From NCBI GenBank assembly GCA_048013815.1, contig CM106585.1, forward strand, positions 15,438,001 to 15,502,000: a DNA stretch of 64,000 nt, read 5' to 3'. How positions within the stretch are numbered: the first letter of the stretch is position 1; each line of letters begins with the position of its first letter. Shown piece after piece: positions 11,849 to 24,534 of this stretch. Position numbers and translations under genes: made by a program. Origin of the DNA: Setoptus koraiensis. Taxonomy: Eukaryota; Animalia; Arthropoda. The notes below the pieces were generated by a model. The model worked only from the letters and a program-made list of their open reading frames with translations. It was not told the origin of the DNA and made no database searches.

Positions 11849-14800
11849 ATGAAATCTGTGATGGTAAACCAATTGTTTCTACTGTATGTGATGTGTCATA
11901 GCGTGTTACAATTTACAGTGATGATGGTAGCACAGCCGACAACAGACAACGGTCAACACCAACTGGCTGAACCAGCGAAGCAGCCGCAGCAGCACCCAAA
12001 AGTTTACACCAACCAATTTGTGCTCCAAATAGAGGGAGGCCCAGAAGAAGCGCGCGAGATAGCCTCAAAGCATGGATTTGTGTATCTCGATCACATATTC
12101 GGCGACTATCACCACCTTCAGCATAGACGCATCGCAAAGCGTTCAATCACATCGGATTCGATAGCCAAAATGAACATCTCCATAGAAGAGGAACCACAGG
12201 TGAGTTGAGCATTTACATAGCTAACTAAACATACATTATCATAATTTCGTCTCGTTTCGCATCCTTGTATTTGTGTGTTGCTGCTGCTGCTGCTGATTTG
12301 TCTGAATTATTATTTGTTGCGATAACAGTGAGCAGTCTGATAACAGCAACCATTCCTGCATTGAACCATTCCGACAAGCATCTGGCCTTGGCATGAGCAC
12401 GGCAGTAGCAGTGCCAGATATAAGATATTTGCTCATCTCAAGCTGTTGTTGCCCTACGACAACAGCTACATCGACAGCAGCAGCAGCAACAACAACAACA
12501 ACAAAAAGCAAGTGTACATATCAGTGTATATTTCTCTGACTAATGCATCGCGCAAACAGGCACCCTGTCCCTCTGATAATAATTTTATTATTATTATTGT
12601 TATTATTGTTATTAATGCACTTATCCATGTACTTGTGCCTATCTGGATGGCACTGCTCATCCGGGGCGATAGGGCCATCAATTGTGCGCCCAGTGAAGAC
12701 ATGTAGTCGAGATAGATTGAGTTGAACTTTGGGCACCGTTCGACACTTAAAACTCTCGCTTTATCATACGGCACGACACGGTACGGCTCACACTGGCCGG
12801 CTGGGGCGATTGCCATCTCAATGATAACAATAGTCGTTCTTTTCTCCCCCAAGTTATTCCTTGATAATATCAAACGGTAACACCAGATTAACGTAACACA
12901 TTCACACATTTGCAAGATGTCTATATGATGTTTGTCTAACATCTAAAATTAAACCACACACACGCTTGCTGGCCCGGCAACCTTACATGGCTGGTTATGT
13001 TAAGACTGGTCATGTCGATACCCTCACAGCGACTAACAAGAGTGAATATTAATTTTAGTTATTTCTTAGTTTTAGCTGTTATTAACACGAGAGTCCGAAT
13101 CGAATAACAATTGTCATTACGACAATGAAGAGATATCGACGACGTGCGCGCTCTTATCTTTTCTCAGATTACTACAACTTTGCTACACTTTGGCAGCGTA
13201 AACAGTTAATAGGCGCAATATGAATTATAACCACCTCTGCATATTGGCAAATGGTTGACTGGCAATGTTAGCTGTCTCACAAATATATCTGACTTATGTC
13301 TAACTTTACCGTAAATAATTACCTTCGAATCGCATTCGCACAACTGTGTGAAATGTGTCTGTTTTTATCGATAAGACACCAATAAGATGTTTGTCCGTTG
13401 ACGTTCATTGTATGTAACGCCAAATTGTTGTTTAGTGGTGGTATTAATAAACGTCTAGTGTCGGGCACACACGGGCATAATGGGTTGATGATTATTTGTA
13501 TATATACATTTTCAATCACACTTGCTGCTGCCCCCCCAGACTGTGCGTCAGCATTCCAGCATTTACCACAACCGCTCATGAAGGCCCCATACACAAACAG
13601 AGACTAATTATGAATACGAGAACACACAAATCTAATCTACAGTTAAAATCTAGACATAATCTCACTGTTTTTACAGTTATTTCTCCTTGTTCCAACACAA
13701 ACAAACATACACACACACTCACACTCGCTCGCATATACTCATACTTGTGCCAGTGCAAAAGAGCCTTACAGTTGAAATCAAAATTCAATCTAAGGTTAAT
13801 CTAGCTAGCTAACCAAGTGTGCGCTCTAACAGTATTATTATACTGTCAGTAACAGTTATACATACGTACGGCTTGTCGGATTCAAGTTTGTTGCGCTCAT
13901 CAGCTGCAGCTCATGACTTCATCAATCCAAGTGTGCAATGCAATCAATTACTTCCAGGCTTCTTCTTTTTATTTAATATTTAGCGAGCATTTACAGAAAA
14001 CAACAGCAACAACAAGAAATGAAAAATTTCTCACAAACACACTACAATGGCAAACAACGCATTGGGAGCCTGATAAACGCGTAGGCCATCTTACACTACA
14101 CACCATAAGCAGCATATAAGCAGCAAGCTTTGTTAGTGGCGAAGGGATATCACTTAGTCGATTGCTCATTGTTTTTGAGCGGCAGCGGCGGCCTCCCGAA
14201 ATTCAATTATTGTTGCTGATTGCAGTGGCAGGCAGTTGTGGAGACGACAAGGCTGAACGACGAGGCTCGCCCGTTATTGTGAGCAATCTTGAGCAGCACT
14301 GACACACTGAAAAATGTTTGTGTATCAGCTAACTCGGTGTGTCACTTTTCGCGAGCCTCAAACTAACCGACTAACCGAGTAGCCGAGTAGCCGACTAACC
14401 GAGTAGCCGACTAAACGCTTTAAATATCTATATTTATATTTATAAGTGAGCCGAGATGCGCACGCAACGCCGACCATCCATCACCCCAGAAGCCGAGGAT
14501 TGGAGGAGCCGGCAGGCGCCGCCGTCGTCTAATAATTGCGACGGTAATAATAGTAATGACTATTTTTATTGTTTGTCAATCATTTATACTTTTCATTTAC
14601 GAGAATCCTCGCTCGCCCTAACATTTTCCTCTTTCTCTCACTCACCTCTCCTCGGTGGTGTGTGTATGTGTCGCCGAGCTACAAGCTGGCGGCTTCACAA
14701 GCCAGCGGCTTGTTTATGTTTGTGTGTGCCTGACCGATTCGGTGGTTGGGAGAGCAAGTTGGAAGTTGCAAGTTGCAAGTGGCGACAAGAAGAAGCGACC

Positions 14801-17800
14801 AGAAAAGAAAGTGCAATACCAGCGCAACTCGATTGCACTGGTGAGGTGAGCAACAACCTGTGTCACTCTAATCAGCGAATCATTATGTCGGCCATAAGTA
14901 ATTAAACGGCCATGGCGACGATCAATCGATGACTATCGACGCATGTCAATGATCATTGATCTGAACCACTAGCTTGGCACTACCTGATTTGCCGTGTGTG
15001 ATAAAACCACTTTCTCGACTGTGTTGAGTGTTTGTGTGTTGTAACATGGTGGCAGGTGTATACTTTATATAACCTAACTGTCAATATAAACACCCATAGA
15101 GCTTGTTAGTTAGCGGTGATGGCGGCGGTTACACTAGACGACACTGCTAACAATTAGGCACAGTGGACACACATAGTCAACAAGTCAACTCGGTGCAAGT
15201 CGAAAAAGCCACAGATTGATTGATCGATGTAATTAATCGATCATTATCGTCATCATCAATTATTGTTTCCTCTGTCTCTCTGACTGTGTGTTCTCTCGCT
15301 CGATTGTGCCCAAGTAACAAGCCAGCAGCGCTACTTGAACCACTACCGCCACTTGCAGCAACTAATACCGTTTATTATTATAATAATCTCTCTCTCGCTC
15401 TCTCATTGTCTAATCAAAATGTTCAAGATTGTTTGATTTTCAACTCTCAGTTCGCTGGGCTCGCAATTAATCGTGGCTTATTTTAAGTCGCCCGTTTATA
15501 TCGTTGTGATATTGTTCACAACCGCCGTTCAACTTTTCAACGTTTCACTTTTTCTCTGGCAGCCAACAAGCGCGCGCCATCATCATCTCGCTGTCAAAAG
15601 CGTTAGCTAAAGAGAGAGCGAGAGAGAAAGTGGAAGCTGAAATCGCTCATCCATCCATGCAGTTTGCCGTGTGATGGTCGAGCAACAACCGGCCCGATGA
15701 TTGGGTCACTGGAGACGCTGGCCGGCTGACTGGCTGGCCGGCTGGCTGACTCACTGACTGACTGGCTGGCTGATTGTTCAAGCGACATGCCGCTGCTGTC
15801 AACAACATGCTAGCATTGTTGTTGTCGCTGTTATTATCGAGAAGCCACACTGATTAAATAATAATCCATCCAGCTCCGGCAACAAACATGCTTAGGCACT
15901 CACTTGTCCACTTCACTTTTATTGATTAAACAAAACCTTGACAACTTGTTGGAATTAACATAACAGCGCGCATGAGCAAACCGTGTAAGCTAACCGTTAG
16001 CTTACAGTCAAGACAATTGGCTCGCTTGCGTCAATTGGCGTCAATTGACGCCTCTCGTGGAGGTGATGATTTTCATCAGCGTCTCTCTTCCTTGTGTTGC
16101 GCTGTTGTGCAACTCACCTGTTCTGCCCGCTCACACGGATCGCTTTTATTTTTTGATGAGTAAGCATGCATATTCTCATTGTCAAACAAGTCACTGCTGC
16201 AATCAGGTAGCTATAATGAGATTAGATCTAATTAGGCAGTGATTAGTGTAATTTATTCGACCATTCGCAATCACGCAAATGCCAGCAGCAGCATTCAAGT
16301 CATTTTTGTGTGCCCCCTATCCGGCTCTCTCTCTCTCTCTCTCTCTCTGTCTCGCTCTACCCGCTAATCTGGCCAAAATGCCTGTGTGGTAAACAGTCTG
16401 GTAGCTAATAGTGTAGCTATCGATTACATTAGCGCATTATTGCATTAGGGCGACTCGCGTGTCTTGCCATTGTGCCGCAATTCATTCTGGCCGCAAACTG
16501 CAGTGAACTGGTGGCCAGAATGAAGCGAAAAGAAAGAGAAGATAAAAAAGAGGCAACGAGAAGCCGACTTTTCCTGCCAATTGGCTGCCACTCGCTTACT
16601 GTCCATATCAGGTGTCTCATATATCCCGCACTACATTATCGCGCCATGCTATGTGTCGCACCACCGATCGCCTATTGACGGCCACATAACACACCAGCTT
16701 GATCATTAAAAACCAATCAAGGCTGATTAACTGACACACAGGCGAGTTAAATTGGCAAGGGCGCAAAACTATTGTGGAAGTGACACATACAACAAAAAAG
16801 CGCATTTCCTCGTTGTGTGTCGTTGCGTATTGTTGTTGTCACCTGGCCACCATAGTAAATTAAAGGTATAAGACAACAAAAAGTTTGCTTGCTGGGTGCC
16901 CATAAGTCACTGTCTATGTGTGCGCTGTTATTCACGGTTGAAGAAAAAACTGGACTGTGATCCGTTTGTTTCCTCCAACTGGCCACTTCTTTTGCGCCCC
17001 ATTGTTGTCTATTGTCACCATCAGTAATTACATCGTTCATACTGGCAGCAGTCGTATCAGCGTCATTGTTCTGCAGCTTGTTTCAGCTGGCCCCGGCGTC
17101 GTCTGTCGACGTCGGCTTAACTTTAAACTTTATCGTTTGCTGTCATCGCAACAAATTTTTCAACAATTCATCGTTTGTGTGTGTGTGTGTGCGCGACTTT
17201 GTGAATGAGTCTCGACCAATAAGTTTCGTTGAACAAACAACGAACCAATTTGTGCAAGCTGCACAATAAAGAGCCGGCTAATTATGCCTCCGATCAGTAT
17301 CATCCGATCTGCTGAAGGCACAAAGGTCGGCCTATTTTGGGCTAACTGCAAATTGTTGCCAAAATGTTTATACCTACAGTACAGAACAGCACAGTAGAGA
17401 GTGCAATGGACAAATAAATGTCGCTGGATGTTTGCTCACAGATTTTTGCTACGTCACCTGAGCAACTCTAATTAGCTGGCATGAGTGCACTATGTCTCAC
17501 TCTTGCATGATTTTCATATTTGCATGCCATCAATCATTACAATGCAAATAAGCTGTCCCCTCGTATCGCTCGTTGACAACGCGCAAAATGTCAATCCGTA
17601 CACATGCTAGATATTTATAGATATAACCATGCAAACATTGTCCGTATGCTGTTGGTGTTTGTTGCAGCTCGGCTAGTGACAATGCAAGACACTATGCAAA
17701 CTCATGAGACTGGCAAGCTTGAATAGTATATCTCACGCTGGACACACACACACACAAACACAATTTTTGTTTGGTCCAGATCCAGATAAGCGTCTGATAT

Positions 17801-20800
17801 CATCGGCACCGTTATCGCGTGCAAAATCTTCGTTAGCCACTAATGAGCCACAACCATAAACTTGACCCATTCGGCCATGCTCGACACCGCTTTGTAATTG
17901 TGCATGGCGAATCGTTTTTGAGGCTGACTTTAGGTCTCATGACTTTCAGTCTCATGACTCGCTGCTGACACATTGCGTTTGTGCCGACTGGGCAAGGACA
18001 AATTTAACAAGCCGAGGAGCTGCATATATTATTATAAAATAAAATATTATGTGCACAGTTTGAATATTTTGCGCCAGCATGTACCATCAATTGCCGACGG
18101 CTCGTGTTGGGGTGCAAACTTGGCACTCAACATTCACGTCCACTCTCCATACGATCCAGTGTCAGTGCTGCCAAATATTATCATGCTATGTTATTTTCAT
18201 TATTACATTATTAATTTTAGCATCCGATAAACGGTTGTGAGCCGACAGCGCGCGTTGTGACTCACAACGCGCGCCTCGTCAAATTGATGGTATCAATTTG
18301 ACGAAGCCAGCCTAACGACGACGACAACGCAGCCAAATAAGTCAGTCTGGCCACCAACAGAGACTGTAATATGAAAATCACTGCCAGCGTCTACGTGCTC
18401 GCATTAACCCTATCATGGCCGGCGTGCAGCGTTAGGCCGGCAAATTACTAAACGGTACAGTAATTTGTGACAAAGATTGTGCCTTATGGCAGCCAATTAA
18501 CGCTCATTCACCTTTGTATAACTTTGGTGCCTGTGCATAAGCCTCACATATGTAAGCCTTATATTATAAGGTGTGTGTGTGTGTGTCGTTGTGGTAGCTT
18601 GATGTGCCGTTGTTCGTCAATAATGGCATCCCGTGAGCGTATAACAGCGTTGGCTTTAACCTGCGCCAACTTCAACTTGCCAGCAGCAACGCACGCACAT
18701 AACTCATTAATTATTAATTAATTTAGTACACCTAGTTAGCGGGCATTCTAAATAGTTGGCCAGTCTCACAGCGAGCCACTTTCAGCGTGAGTCGGCCTCG
18801 CAGCGAGCCAGTGTCAGCGTGAGCCAGCCTCATAGCGAGCCAGTCAGTGTCGATGGGCAGATTGGCTGCGCTCGTGGCTAGCCCTCAATGTGTCATCACG
18901 TATACCGTTATAGCGTTATAGCAGGATGCTCGTTAGGCATCAATCTGACAAGCTCGCTGACGCTAGTAGATGGGCGATGGGCGAGAAACATGATGATGTC
19001 GAGCGCACCGACACGAGCAGCTCAGGCACAACCGACAATTGGGAGCGACTTTTACCAATTTATAGACGACGGACAAGGGCACAGCAGTTGACCCCTTTGC
19101 GCTATTTGATGCGCTATTCTGATGCCGGTGCAAATGCACCCCATTACGTCAGCCGATAAATCGGCCTCGTATTGGCCGCCTCGTATTGGCTGCCGCGTGG
19201 TGGCTGTTTGGTGCGTGTAGGGGCGCTCTCGCCAACTTGAATTGAGCCGAGCAGCGTTGCCTGTCGCTCGCGAGCTCAATTTGAAACCGCTCGCCGCGCC
19301 AGAGCCGATCGCCGGGCAGCTGAAAGTGGTGACTTAGCGAGAATTGTTGACATGGCAAGGGCCGCTTCTCGGTAGTCGTTCGTTTGACAGTCCGCGCCCG
19401 TTAAATGATTGCCTGTTCGGCTTTGAGTGACTTTTAAGAAGCGTCTTTCCGAAACAGCGACAGCCCCTGTGTCGCTCGAGAGTGCGTTACTCGGTCGCTT
19501 GGCGGCTAATCCGGCACTAGCGACCGCTCGCACTCGCACCGAGCGCCGGCCCAAACTTGCCGGAGCCGGCCCAAAGTCGCTGGAGCCGGCCCAAAGTCGC
19601 TGGAGCTGGCCAAAAGTCGCCGGAGCTGGCCCAAAGTTGTTCGAGCAGGGCGACGGCATGAATTGGAACAATTGCTCAACGGTTTGGCCAGCTTTTGTCC
19701 ACTGCAGCCCAGCAGTCGCTGCCTTGTAACTGCATTGCGGCTGCATGCTTGTCGGGCCGGCGTGTTTTATTTCCTGAAGCCTCATGACACACACACACAC
19801 ACAAGCTCAAGACAAGCAAGCGTGCGTGTGCGAACACCAGTCACGAAGTCCGGCCAGTCGTTGCGGCGAGCGTCGCATTGCAACGCCGCCCGTCTAGCCA
19901 TGGTCAGCGGCCAGTGGCTATGGCGCTAAAATTGGCCAGCTAGCACACGAGCTTAATTTGTTATCGTCTATTATCTGTTACGCTCAGCGGTTATTTGGGC
20001 GGCGTGGATGCGGCCGAAGCGGTCTAAGCGACCGAAGCGACCGAAGCGGCCGAAGTGACTGATTAAAAGTTAACAATGTTGTGACACGGCCGAGGCGAGT
20101 GTGACGGCTCATAGCGGCCTTTGTGTCCATGTCACGACAACAGCCGACAGAAACAGCCCAACGGCGACCGGCCAACGGCGACCGGCCAGTGGGATGGTAA
20201 CAGCCCGTTAACAAGCTTTTGACACTAACAGGCTGTTTGTAATCAGTCAGCGATTATCATTGTGCTATCATGAGATTCACTGTTCGCCGTCAAAATTATT
20301 TATCATTAATTAGAAATCACATGATCGTTTTCTTGTTTGTGATGATGATTTTCAATCATGAGCACAAACTGGCGCATGTTGCCGGCAACTCGCACGCCGC
20401 CACTGCTCACAACAGCTTGTGAGTCGCAAGCTCTCATGTCGCTGTTGTCGTATCACGACTCTCGATGGCGGCAACAATAAATTTTGCAATAACTTTGTTG
20501 CTGCTCACAGCGCAAAGCGACGGCGAGAGCGAAAGTGACAACAACAATTACAAATTGCTCATGCCGATCAACTTTTTCTCATTTTCTCATTTCGTCCGCC
20601 GTCTAGACCGTCGATGCGCGCACATCGCCGCTTGGGCCGTCTGACCGGCGCCGCTGCGTCTGCCGAGAAGCGACCGTTGCCGCTCGTTCACCATTGTCTT
20701 TCTGGCCGGCGGCGTGTCCATTGTTGATACTATCGCGCTCGGTGTGAGTGTGAGCTTGTGTGGTCGCCAGAGCGCTAAAATTCAATCTCGGCCATACCTC

Positions 20801-23800
20801 ACACACACACACACACGCACACACTTGTGTCATCTGTGGCGCAACAGGTGAATGAACTGAATTGCAGTTTTATTGTGATTACACACACACACACACACAT
20901 TGTAGCGGTTGTTGTGACGTAAGCCTAGTGAAAAAGCGAGAGATTATTGTCGAGCCGAGCGAGCTTATCGGAAAGACAACGCACACACACACACAGCGAG
21001 AGACAGAGAACTAATTCAACAAATTAGACCGTGTTGTGCATATCTGCATTGGACTGTGTTGCGTAACCGTGTTGCGTCGACGCCAGCGAGCCATATGGCA
21101 TGCCGCTGTTACTGTTGTTTGTTACACAATGACAGAGCCAGGGCTGAAAATCATCAGTAATCCCTGAGAATAAAGATTCAAATTTAATTCTTAATTTCGG
21201 CCCGGCCTGTGCCTTCAAAACCAAGATGGCGACAGCTCCAATCCGTTCAACTCTGTTCGGCTCAACAATGTACAAAATATTATTTTTGCGCTGCGGGCCT
21301 TGCCGTCGTCGTTGCTGTTGCTGTTGTCGTTGTTGCTGTTGCTGTTGTTGTTTTTGTAGCCGTTGTCGGGCCGGCAGCAACAAAATAACAATGTCGTTGG
21401 CTCGCATAAGACGCCGTACAAAATTGACTGCTCGCGTGTCTCTCGTGGGCGACCGCTGACCGTCGGTCGGCCGGCCAACGGGCCGTTTTTTGCAACACAC
21501 ACACACGCACACACTGTTTCCTGTTTGATCTGGCTGGTTTAGCAAAATTTGAGATAAAACAAAAGATTTATAATCTATTATGCTCACGTACGCACAGAGG
21601 AGACAGGCGATAATGGATGATGAACAGGTTGTTTTAGTTGGCGTTACAGGCGAACGTTACAGGCAACATACAATCAATTTGCCTATCGACAAGAGACAAT
21701 CATGATATCAGAGAAATCATGTTACCTGTTGGTGTTGTCCGACAGAGTGTGCTGCTGCTGCCGCCGTCCCAGGGACAAACAGTATCAAGACAAACGGAAT
21801 TGTGTTATCGCCGCACCCAGGCTTCAGCTCGACGATCCGCGGCCGAGTGGACAGTGGACAGTCGATGGGTATGCAGTGGCACTCGATCATTTGCACAAAA
21901 TTTTCCGTTGTCACTATTAGAGGTGGCCTACAAACAATTGTAAACAGTTACAAACGCTCGCCTGTGTTGTCATTGTCGTTGTCGTCGTCGTGGTTGGCGT
22001 TGTTGTCGCTGTTGTTGTTGTCGGTGTTGTTGTTGCGCGGCCACGCCAAGCCATTGTGTCCAGTGGCAACGGTGGCGGCGGCAGCAGCCCGCTTCCGATG
22101 TCGATAATTGTCATGTTTATTTACTAGCACTTGTGGCGCCACTTTGCAACTACCGCCGGCTCCATACCAGTTCTCTGGTCACAAGTAAATCATGTAATTC
22201 ACTGTCGTTCCGCCGAGGGTTGTCGCTCGCTCGCCCGTAGAGAACAGTGAGATTGGCCGGCGATTGGACGGATTTCGGATAGCTGCGGATAGCTGTGGAT
22301 AGTTGCGGATAGCTGTGGATAGTTGCGGATTGTTGGAAAAGCCGGCCGGCCGGCCAGCCAGCCAGACAGACGGTGAGTGCCGTTAGACAGGCATGAGAAA
22401 AAAGAGTTGGCTCGTTATTCAAATGGCTTTAGTCGAGAATTTTATAGAGCGTTGCCGTTGTTGTCGTTGTTGTCGCTGTTGTCGTTGTTGTCGTTGTTGT
22501 TGTTGTTATCTTGCACTCGCTGGCCGGCTGTGTCTTGGCTGGCGGCTGTGTCTTGGCTGGCGGCTGTGTCGTGGCTTGTGTGTTGGTTGTTGGCCAAAAA
22601 CGGTACTCGGACTCGCTGTCAGTGTCGCCGGCGTGCGCTTATCAGCTAATAAAGTCGCTCTACCCCGTTGCGCGCAAACAATGATAATGACAGTGACAAG
22701 CACGAAACAATTTCAACTACCACCACTCACTATTACACAATCATATTTGCCTGGCGATGGCGTCACTATTGGTTGCGGTCAGCGCTAATTTACGCAATCA
22801 CGCTGCTTGTCGATGCATTTATTGTTGTCAGGCGAGCTCAGTGTTTTAGTTGACGTTTGCACGAGTTGCTTCATTGTCATCATTACATTATCATCGTCTG
22901 TATAAAAATGTCTGCACACACTCAAAAAAGTGTGCACTGTACAGTCAAGTTGACACAGTCGAGTCAACTGGCTGCCAGAGTCGATTGTACAGTGTAAAGT
23001 GGTCGCTAACTCGCGGCCAATCGGCCCACGGCACAGCCATTATCAGTGCTATTATTATAAATAATAAAAACATAAATGTCAATCACACGCATTTGCATGC
23101 ACGACGGACAGTCAATGTCAGGCGAGCGAGCGGTTGGTTCATCGATCTGGTCGTGCCGGCCGATGGTGACTCGGCGACACTTGACAGAGCGACCCTCGAG
23201 CGAGCGACCCTCGAGAGAGCGACCGTCGAGAGAGACAGAGCGAAAAAGAAGCGAGCGAAATTATCATGATTGCCTTATAACGGTAACTTTATCCGCTGTC
23301 GGCAGTTCTCACCACCAGTCGGCCACTTGGACGAGCCGTTGCGCAACCCTCGCCAAGCCGGCGACGTCCAGGATAAGGTTACCTGGCGGCCATAATGCAG
23401 TGGAAAGCAGCAGCCAATATTGGCCGATAGCGGCTTGCCAGCCGCTTTTGGCCAGCCTGGCAGCCGGCGCAGACAAACAGCGTAATGTCATGAGCACATG
23501 AGCGAGACAATGTGAAAGTGATCTTGAATTGATTTGACTCAATTCGAGACAACCTTATCACTCCATCGCTCGCTATCTCTAGCTATCTCTCGCTCTATCT
23601 CTATCTCTATCTCTAGCCGGCAATGCGCAACAATAACTCCCGCCATGACAAACAATGACATCAGCGGCAGCAACAACAGCAACACGCCAACAACAGCGCA
23701 ACAACCAGGCAACAAAATAGATTGAAATCTGTGCCCTTTCTCGTCCGTTGCCGGCTTGCACTGGCGCCAACAGACGAGTGCCATAATAACTCTGTGCTGC

Positions 23801-24500
23801 CAAGACAAGGTGATGATATACGAGTCAGCATCACTTGCAGGACATTTGTTAGCAACGACAACAACGACAACAACGACAACGGCAACAACGACAACAACGA
23901 CAACGGTAAAAACAACAACGGATGGCAGCGAAACTTTTCACTTCCTTTGTTTGCTGGCATGACAAAAGCAGTCACATGTTTGTAGAGAGCAATGGCAACA
24001 ATAACAATGGCCAATAACTCTATGCTAACATTTTCTCAATTAGTCTAATTGCACACTTGCAATAACCAGAGATCAACAAGCAGCGACAGAGACAATTAAT
24101 CGATGAGCTCACTCTGTCTTATTGCTGCCTATTGGTGTGTTTGTGTGTGTCTCCCAAAGTGAATTGCGTCACCAAAGGATAGTACAAGGTTGTTGTCGTT
24201 GTTGTCGCCTTATTGTTGTGTTTTGTCGTCATGTTGACAGTGTGCCGATGAGACTGTGATGATCAGAGGCAAAAGTTCATACCAGCAGCATCTCTCTTGT
24301 CACTGTTGTGTCGCAACTCTCTGTCACATGGGTCAGCGAATGTCATCACATCCGTTCGTCCTGCTAACACCATCACTGAGACACACAGTTGCCAGTGAAC
24401 GGTTGTGAATGAACCAGCTGACAGCAACAGTCAGCTGACAGCAACAGTCAGCTGACAGCAAGTGACACAAGAGTGACACAACAAATAGGCTTTTCATCTC

Positions 24501-24534
<34 letters not shown>

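Noticed and set aside
21024-21587. 187-aa poly-Q ORF on the - strand inside furin intron 1
   Set aside because: It is driven by (TTG/CTG)n microsatellites and has no homology cues or convincing splice context.
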